Origin: Candidatus Eiseniibacteriota bacterium
Lineage (GTDB): Bacteria > Eisenbacteria > RBG-16-71-46
Reading direction: 5' to 3'
Length of the DNA: 64,000 bases
Assembly (NCBI GenBank): GCA_963717935.1
Contig: CAVQXP010000002.1
Coordinates: 256,001 to 320,000, forward strand
This document shows positions 58,699-64,000 of the stretch, one piece after another (position 1 is the stretch's first letter; each line of letters starts with the position of its first letter). The notes beneath the pieces were generated by a model. The model worked only from the letters and a program-made list of their open reading frames with translations, was not told the DNA's origin and ran no database searches. Both the position numbers and the translations under genes were made by a program.

Positions 58699-60080
58699 TG
58701 TACGGGCGCACGCACCGTATCCACTTCGTGGGTGTCGGCGGGGTCGGGATGTGCGGTATTGCCGAGGTGCTGCTGAATCTCGGCTACCAGGTCTCGGGCA
58801 GCGACCTGCGCTCCGGCGAAGCCACGGAGCGACTCGCCGGACTGGGAGGACGCATCTTCCAGGGGCACGCGGCTGTGAACGTCGAGGGCGCGCAGGTGGT
58901 CGTCTACTCGACCGCGGTCAGACCCGACAACCCCGAGGTGATGGCCGCGCACGCGCAGGGCATCCCGGTCATCCCACGCGCCGACATGCTGGCCGAGCTC
59001 ATGCGCATGAAGTACGGCATCGCGGTGGCGGGTTCGCACGGCAAGACCACCACGACCTCGCTCGTCGCCGCGGTGCTGGCGCGCGGCGGACTCGACCCGA
59101 CCATCGTGGTGGGCGGGCGGCTGCAGTCCACCGGCTCGAACGCCCGGCTGGGCCACGGGCAGTTCCTGGTGGCGGAGGCCGACGAGAGCGATGGCTCCTT
59201 CCTGCGGCTCTCGCCGGCGGTCTCGGTGGTCACCAACATCGACCGCGAGCACCTCGACCACTACGGCTCGCTCGAGGAGCTGCGGCAGGCCTTCATCTAC
59301 TTCGCGAACCGGGTGCCCTTCTACGGCGTGAGCATCCTGTGCGCCGACGACCCGCAGGTGCGCGGCATCCTGCCGCAGGTCGCCAAGCGCCATCTGCTCT
59401 ATGGCACCGCGCCCGATGCGGCGCTGCGCGCGGAGGACGTGCGTCTGGACGCTCAGGGCGCGAGCTTCCGCGTGATCTCGGACGGCCAGGAGCTGGGCAC
59501 GGTGCGCCTGGCGCTGCCGGGGCTCCACAACGTGTTGAACGCGCTCGCAGCGGTGGCCGTGGGGCTCGAACTCGAGGTGGCCTTCAGCCACATCGCCGAG
59601 GCGCTCGGGACCTTCCACGGTGTGGGCCGCCGCTTCGAGACCCGCGGCGAGGTGCGTGGCGTGAAGGTCGTGGACGACTACGGCCACCATCCCACCGAGA
59701 TCGCGGCCACGCTGGCGGCCGCGCGCACGCTGGGCCGGCGTGTGCTGGTGCTGTTCCAGCCGCACCGCTACACGCGCACCGCGCTCCTGCACCGCGAGTT
59801 CGGGGCCTGCTTCGGTGACGCCGACAAGGTCTGGGTGCTGGATATCTACCCGGCGGGGGAGAGTTCGGTGCCGGGGGTGACGGCCCGCACCATCGTCCAG
59901 AGTGCCGAAGCGGTGGGGCAGAAGCAGCTGGTCCACATCGGTGACGCCCGCGCGGCGGTCGAAGCCGTGGCGCGCGAGGCGCGCCCGGGCGACCTGGTGC
60001 TCACGCTCGGTGCGGGCGACGTGGGGAAGCTCGGCGACCAGCTGCTGGCGAAGCTGCGTGGCATGCAGGGGGGGCGCTGA
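58698..60080 (+). CDS. murC: MurC ligase
   Basis: HFVGVGGVGM, AGSHGKTTTT, EADESDGSF, DDYGHHPTE, FQPHRYTRT. Confidence 0.96.
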   Translation: MYGRTHRIHFVGVGGVGMCGIAEVLLNLGYQVSGSDLRSGEATERLAGLGGRIFQGHAAVNVEGAQVVVYSTAVRPDNPEVMAAHAQGIPVIPRADMLAELMRMKYGIAVAGSHGKTTTTSLVAAVLARGGLDPTIVVGGRLQSTGSNARLGHGQFLVAEADESDGSFLRLSPAVSVVTNIDREHLDHYGSLEELRQAFIYFANRVPFYGVSILCADDPQVRGILPQVAKRHLLYGTAPDAALRAEDVRLDAQGASFRVISDGQELGTVRLALPGLHNVLNALAAVAVGLELEVAFSHIAEALGTFHGVGRRFETRGEVRGVKVVDDYGHHPTEIAATLAAARTLGRRVLVLFQPHRYTRTALLHREFGACFGDADKVWVLDIYPAGESSVPGVTARTIVQSAEAVGQKQLVHIGDARAAVEAVAREARPGDLVLTLGAGDVGKLGDQLLAKLRGMQGGR

Positions 60081-61015
60081 TGGGCCTGTACCAGGGACGC
60101 GCGCTGGAGCGCGGGTCACGGTCGGACGTCGGTCCGGGCGTCCGGCGCGGCGTCCGACGCATGCCGGGCTACCGCTGGAACCAGCGGCCGCGGGTGCTGC
60201 GGCCCGTGCGCCTCGCGCTCGCGTTCGCCGGGATCGTGGTCCTCGCGCTGGTGGCCGCGCGCCTGCCCTGGCGCCAGTTGCGCGAGCGCTTGGCCGTGGT
60301 GCAGGAAGTGCGGATCGAGGGTGCGCTCTACCTGGATGCCGCGCACGTGGGGGAGGTCGCCGGCCTGCACGCGGGCGACGACCTCATCGCCCTCGACCTC
60401 GAGCGCGCGCGCCAGGCTCTGCTGCTCGACCCGCGCATCTCCCGGGCCGAGGTGACGCGGGCCTGGCTTCGTGACGTGCGCGTGCGAATCGTGGAGCGCG
60501 AGCCCGTGCTGCTGGTGACGCACGGCGTGCCGTGGGAGGTGGACTCGGCCGGCGTGCTGCTGCAGCCGCTGGTGCGGGGCGTGACCGCCGACGTGCCGCT
60601 CCTCACGGGGCCGGACTTCTCCCGGCTGCGGGCGGGCACGCAGGTGCTCACGCCCGAGGTGCGGCGCGGGCTGGCGTGGGTGCGGGCGCTCGCGGTGCGC
60701 GACCTGCAACTGGCGGGCGAGGTGTCCGAGCTGGACGTGTCCGATCCGCTCGCCACGGGCGTCCTGCTCGAGAACGGCACGCGCGTGCTGGCACCCGCCT
60801 GGCCGCCGGGCGCTCGCGCGCTGTCGGCCCTGCGGGTGGTGCTGGCGGACCTGCAGCGTCGTGGTGTGCTGGCGGGCGAGGTGGACCTGCGCTTTGAGAA
60901 CCAGGTGGTGGTGAGACGGGTGGGCGCGCCCGGATCCGCGCCGGGGCGCCTGCTCGACCAGGCAGGTGCCGGAGCCGCAGGCGCGGACCCGGACGGGGAC
61001 CACCGCAGCGGATAG
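60080..61015 (+). CDS. ftsQ: Cell division protein FtsQ/DivIB
   Basis: TM, POTRA (VRIEG..PRISRAEV..VRIVER), VDLRF; lies before ftsA. Confidence 0.85.
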   Translation: MGLYQGRALERGSRSDVGPGVRRGVRRMPGYRWNQRPRVLRPVRLALAFAGIVVLALVAARLPWRQLRERLAVVQEVRIEGALYLDAAHVGEVAGLHAGDDLIALDLERARQALLLDPRISRAEVTRAWLRDVRVRIVEREPVLLVTHGVPWEVDSAGVLLQPLVRGVTADVPLLTGPDFSRLRAGTQVLTPEVRRGLAWVRALAVRDLQLAGEVSELDVSDPLATGVLLENGTRVLAPAWPPGARALSALRVVLADLQRRGVLAGEVDLRFENQVVVRRVGAPGSAPGRLLDQAGAGAAGADPDGDHRSG

Positions 61016-61052
61016 CGGATCGCGGTACTCCAAGGAGGGGGTGAGCGGCACC

Positions 61053-62300
61053 ATGGGACAGGTGGCAAGGACGTACGTGGGCCTCGACATCGGCACCACG
61101 AAGATCTCCTGCATCATCGCGGACACCGGCGGCAACGGGACCGAGGAGTTGCGCGTGGTGGGGGTGGGCACCGCGCCCAGCGAGGGGTTGCGCCGGGGCG
61201 TGGTCGTGGACCTCGAGAAGACGGTGGCCAGCATCCAGCGCGCGGTGGACGAAGCCGAGCGCATGGCGGGGATACCGGCGAAGGGGGTCTACGCGGGCAT
61301 CGCCGGCGACCACATCCGCAGCATCAACAGCCGCGGCGTGATCGCGGTCTCGCGGCGGGACAACGAGATCGGCAGGGCGGACGTGGACCGGGTGATCGAG
61401 GCTGCCAAGGCCATCGCGATCCCCCTGGACCGCGAGATCATCCACGTCATCCCGCAAGAGTACATCGTGGATGACCAGGACGGGATCAAGGACCCGGTCG
61501 GCATGAGCGGCGTACGGCTCGAGGCCGAGATCCACATCATCACCGGGGCCGTGACCTCTGCCAAGAACATCTGCCGCTCGATCCAGCGGGCCCACCTCAA
61601 GGTATTCGACCTGGTCCTCGAGCCGTTGGCCTCGAGCCACGCAGTGCTGGACGACGACGAGCGCGACCTGGGCGTGGTCCTGCTCGACATCGGCGGTGGC
61701 ACGACCGACGTCGCGGTGTTCTACGAGGGCTCCATCCGCCACACGGCGATCGTGCCCTTCGGCGGCGCGAACGTGACCAATGACATCGCCATCGGCCTGC
61801 GCACGCCCATCGACAAGGCCGAGGCCATCAAGATCCAGCATGGCTGCGCGCTGGCCTCCCTCGTCCCGAGCACGGAGTCGATCTCCGTCTCGGGCGTGGG
61901 CGGCCGCGCCGACCGGGAGATCGCCCGGCACGTGCTGGCTTCGATGATCGAGCCCCGCATGGAGGAGATCTTCCAGTTGGCCAACAAGGAGGTGAAGAAG
62001 AACCACTTCGCGGAGTTGCTCGGTGGCGGGGTCGTCCTTACGGGCGGTACCTCGCTCATGCCGGGCGTGACCGAGCTGGCCGAACAGGTGTTCGAGATGC
62101 CCGTGCGGCTGGGGGCTCCCCAGGGACTGGGAGGGCTTTCGGCCAACGTCGCCGACCCGCGCTTCTCGACCGGGGTGGGGCTCGTGCTCCATGCCCTGCA
62201 TGCCGAGAGCGGCGAGGACGGCAACCGCGAGCGGCGGGGCGGGGAATCGCGTCCGTCGTTCGATCCGCGTCGCTGGTTCAAAGGCCTTTTCTACTCGTGA
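61053..62300 (+). CDS. ftsA: Cell division protein FtsA
   Basis: GLDIGTTKI, PVGMSGVRLE, DIGGGTTD, VTNDIA, VLTGG. Confidence 0.97.
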   Translation: MGQVARTYVGLDIGTTKISCIIADTGGNGTEELRVVGVGTAPSEGLRRGVVVDLEKTVASIQRAVDEAERMAGIPAKGVYAGIAGDHIRSINSRGVIAVSRRDNEIGRADVDRVIEAAKAIAIPLDREIIHVIPQEYIVDDQDGIKDPVGMSGVRLEAEIHIITGAVTSAKNICRSIQRAHLKVFDLVLEPLASSHAVLDDDERDLGVVLLDIGGGTTDVAVFYEGSIRHTAIVPFGGANVTNDIAIGLRTPIDKAEAIKIQHGCALASLVPSTESISVSGVGGRADREIARHVLASMIEPRMEEIFQLANKEVKKNHFAELLGGGVVLTGGTSLMPGVTELAEQVFEMPVRLGAPQGLGGLSANVADPRFSTGVGLVLHALHAESGEDGNRERRGGESRPSFDPRRWFKGLFYS

Positions 62301-62417
62301 GCGTGATGCATGTCCGTCCAACCATCACCGCCTGATCCCCATGGAGGAAGCCCGGGACGACGCCGTCGTGGACGGAGTCGCCGGGTCCGGCAAGGGAAGG
62401 CACAGGGAGTCGTGCCC

Positions 62418-63545
62418 ATGTTCGAACTCGAGATCGACAGCACCGCCTCAGCCAAGCTCAAGGTCATGGGAGTGGGGGGGGCCGGTGGCAACGCCGTGAA
62501 CCGCATGATCGGGTCTGGGCTGCGCGGCGTGGAGTTCATCGTCGCGAACACCGACGTGCAGGCCCTGAACCAGTCGCTGGCACCCCACCGCATCCAGATC
62601 GGCAAGGCCACGACGCGCGGCCTGGGCTCGGGCGGGGATCCCGGCCGGGGACGCCTCGCCGCCGACGAGGACGAGCAGACCATCGCCGACGCGCTCAGCG
62701 GCAGCGACATGGTCTTCATCACCGCCGGGATGGGCGGTGGCACGGGCACCGGCGCGGCGCCGGTGGTGGCGCGGCTGGCCAAGCAGAGCGGAGCGCTCAC
62801 GGTAGCCGTGGTCACCAGGCCCTTCACCTTCGAGGGCCGGCGCCGTCTGCGGCAGGCCGACGACGGCCTCGCGGAGCTGCGCTCCGAGGTGGACACGCTC
62901 ATCATCATCCCGAACGAGCGGCTGCTCGCGGTGGTCGAGAAGGGCACCACGCTCACGGACGCCTTCGGCGTGGCCGACGAGGTGCTGCTCAAGGCCACCA
63001 AGGGCATCTCGGACCTGGTGACGGTGCCGGGGCTCGTGAACCTGGACTTCGCCGACGTCAAGGCGGTCATGTCGAACCGGGGCAACGCGCTCATGGGCAC
63101 GGGGCGCGCCTCGGGGCCGGGCCGGGCGCTGGAGGCGGCGCAGTCGGCCGTCGCGAGCCCGCTGCTCGAGGACGTCTCGATCAGCGGCGCCGAGGGTGTG
63201 CTCGTGAACATCACGGGCGGTCGCGACCTGACGTTGCACGAGGTGAACGAGGCGGCGAGCGTGGTGGTGAGCGCGGCTGGCGAGGACGCCAACGTCATCT
63301 TCGGCGCGGTCATCGACCCGAACATGGATGGCGAGATGATGATCACCGTCATCGCCACGGGCTTCGGTCACGAGGCTCCGCGGGCGCGCGCCGACAAGAG
63401 CCGCGGAGCGGAGACCGAAGGGCACCGGCATTCGCAGCCGTGGAAGGAGGAGGTGGGCGTGGGGACCCGCGACCGCTGGGGGAACGGCGGCCGCAATGGC
63501 GATTCCCTCGAGGTGCCCGCCTTCCTGCGCAGGCAGATGGACTAG
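62418..63545 (+). CDS. ftsZ: Cell division protein FtsZ
   Basis: [30 protein letters not shown]-terminal [12 protein letters not shown]. Confidence 0.98.
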   Translation: MFELEIDSTASAKLKVMGVGGAGGNAVNRMIGSGLRGVEFIVANTDVQALNQSLAPHRIQIGKATTRGLGSGGDPGRGRLAADEDEQTIADALSGSDMVFITAGMGGGTGTGAAPVVARLAKQSGALTVAVVTRPFTFEGRRRLRQADDGLAELRSEVDTLIIIPNERLLAVVEKGTTLTDAFGVADEVLLKATKGISDLVTVPGLVNLDFADVKAVMSNRGNALMGTGRASGPGRALEAAQSAVASPLLEDVSISGAEGVLVNITGGRDLTLHEVNEAASVVVSAAGEDANVIFGAVIDPNMDGEMMITVIATGFGHEAPRARADKSRGAETEGHRHSQPWKEEVGVGTRDRWGNGGRNGDSLEVPAFLRRQMD

Positions 63546-63557
63546 AGTGGCAGTCGC

Positions 63558-63583
63558 GGGGGCGCGGCTCGAGCCGCGCCCCC
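63558..63583. repeat. Perfect 26-bp GC-rich palindrome after ftsZ (hairpin with no U-tail)
   Basis: gggggcgcggctc-gagccgcgccccc. Confidence 0.75.
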
Positions 63584-63620
63584 CGAACCCACCGCGACGC
63601 GAAAGGAACGGATTCCGGCC

Positions 63621-64000
63621 GTGTTCACGAACCTCCTCAAGTGGGGCCACAACCGCCACTACAACCGCGGTATGGTGCATTTCAACCGCGGCGAGTACGG
63701 ACAGGCGGTCGCCGAGTTCGAAGCCGTGCTGGGCGAGGTGCGCGATCCAAGCAACCCCGACCACAGCCTGGCGCTGTGCTATGCCGCCGAGGCGCGGGCG
63801 AATCTCGGGCTCGCGTTCTTCCACGCCGGGCAGTACGCCAGGGCGGAGGAGCAGTTCTCCAGGGCGCTGGAGGAGAACCCGACCTTCCCCGACCTGCGCT
63901 ACTACCGGGCGCGCATCTTCCAGCGCTCGGGCCGCCTGAAGGAGGCGGTCGCCGATCTCGAACGGGCCCTGGCCGAGCACCCGCGCTACGTCGAGGCGCT
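63621..64000 (+). CDS. TPR-repeat protein, truncated at the 3' edge (absent from the ORF track)
   Basis: Manual translation from GTG 63621: MFTNLLKWGHNRHYNRGMVHFNRGEYGQAVAEFE..ARANLGLAFFHAGQYARAEEQFSRALEENPTFPDLRY; no stop before the edge. Confidence 0.85.
   Translation, partial: MFTNLLKWGHNRHYNRGMVHFNRGEYGQAVAEFEAVLGEVRDPSNPDHSLALCYAAEARANLGLAFFHAGQYARAEEQFSRALEENPTFPDLRYYRARIFQRSGRLKEAVADLERALAEHPRYVEA

Noticed and set aside
9289..60080. Apparent long N-terminal extensions or fusions in the ORF track (9289, 27640, 43309, 49440, 52900, 53955, 56596, 57153)
   Set aside because: The real starts overlap upstream stop codons; the extensions are off-frame reads of the preceding genes.
1543..63980. 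Many long minus-strand and alternate-frame ORFs (e.g. 19823..22933, 17430..20105, 35601..38378, 62448..63980)
   Set aside because: Shadow ORFs of high-GC + strand genes; Arg/Pro/Ala/Gly-rich with no recognisable motifs.

Overview
High-GC diderm bacterial DNA, almost all coded on the + strand. An FCB-like or candidate-phylum lineage is inferred from a T9SS/FlgD-type C-terminal domain protein and DUF2723 genes, but this is not proven. Order: two hybrid histidine kinases (1-5047); a minus-strand pair encoding a Gln/Met-rich secreted protein and a beta-barrel; tRNA-Lys(UUU); an orphan ZAS anti-sigma; a divergent YchF; an outer-membrane barrel; an FMN riboswitch with ribD-ribE-ribBA-ribH-nusB. These run directly into a ~32 kb surface-glycosylation locus (14282-46356) with tandem DUF2723/TMEM260-like transferases, three more GT-C-like proteins, two polyprenol-P-sugar synthases, HddC/HddA, Wzx, an AsnB-like amidotransferase, a PorZ-like protein and a FemAB-like GNAT. 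The window ends with the dcw cluster (mraZ to ftsZ), which has an atypical STAS gene between mraZ and rsmH. Four apparent +1 frameshifts look like sequencing indels. No mobile element or CRISPR array was seen. All calls come from reading motifs by eye; no database search was run.
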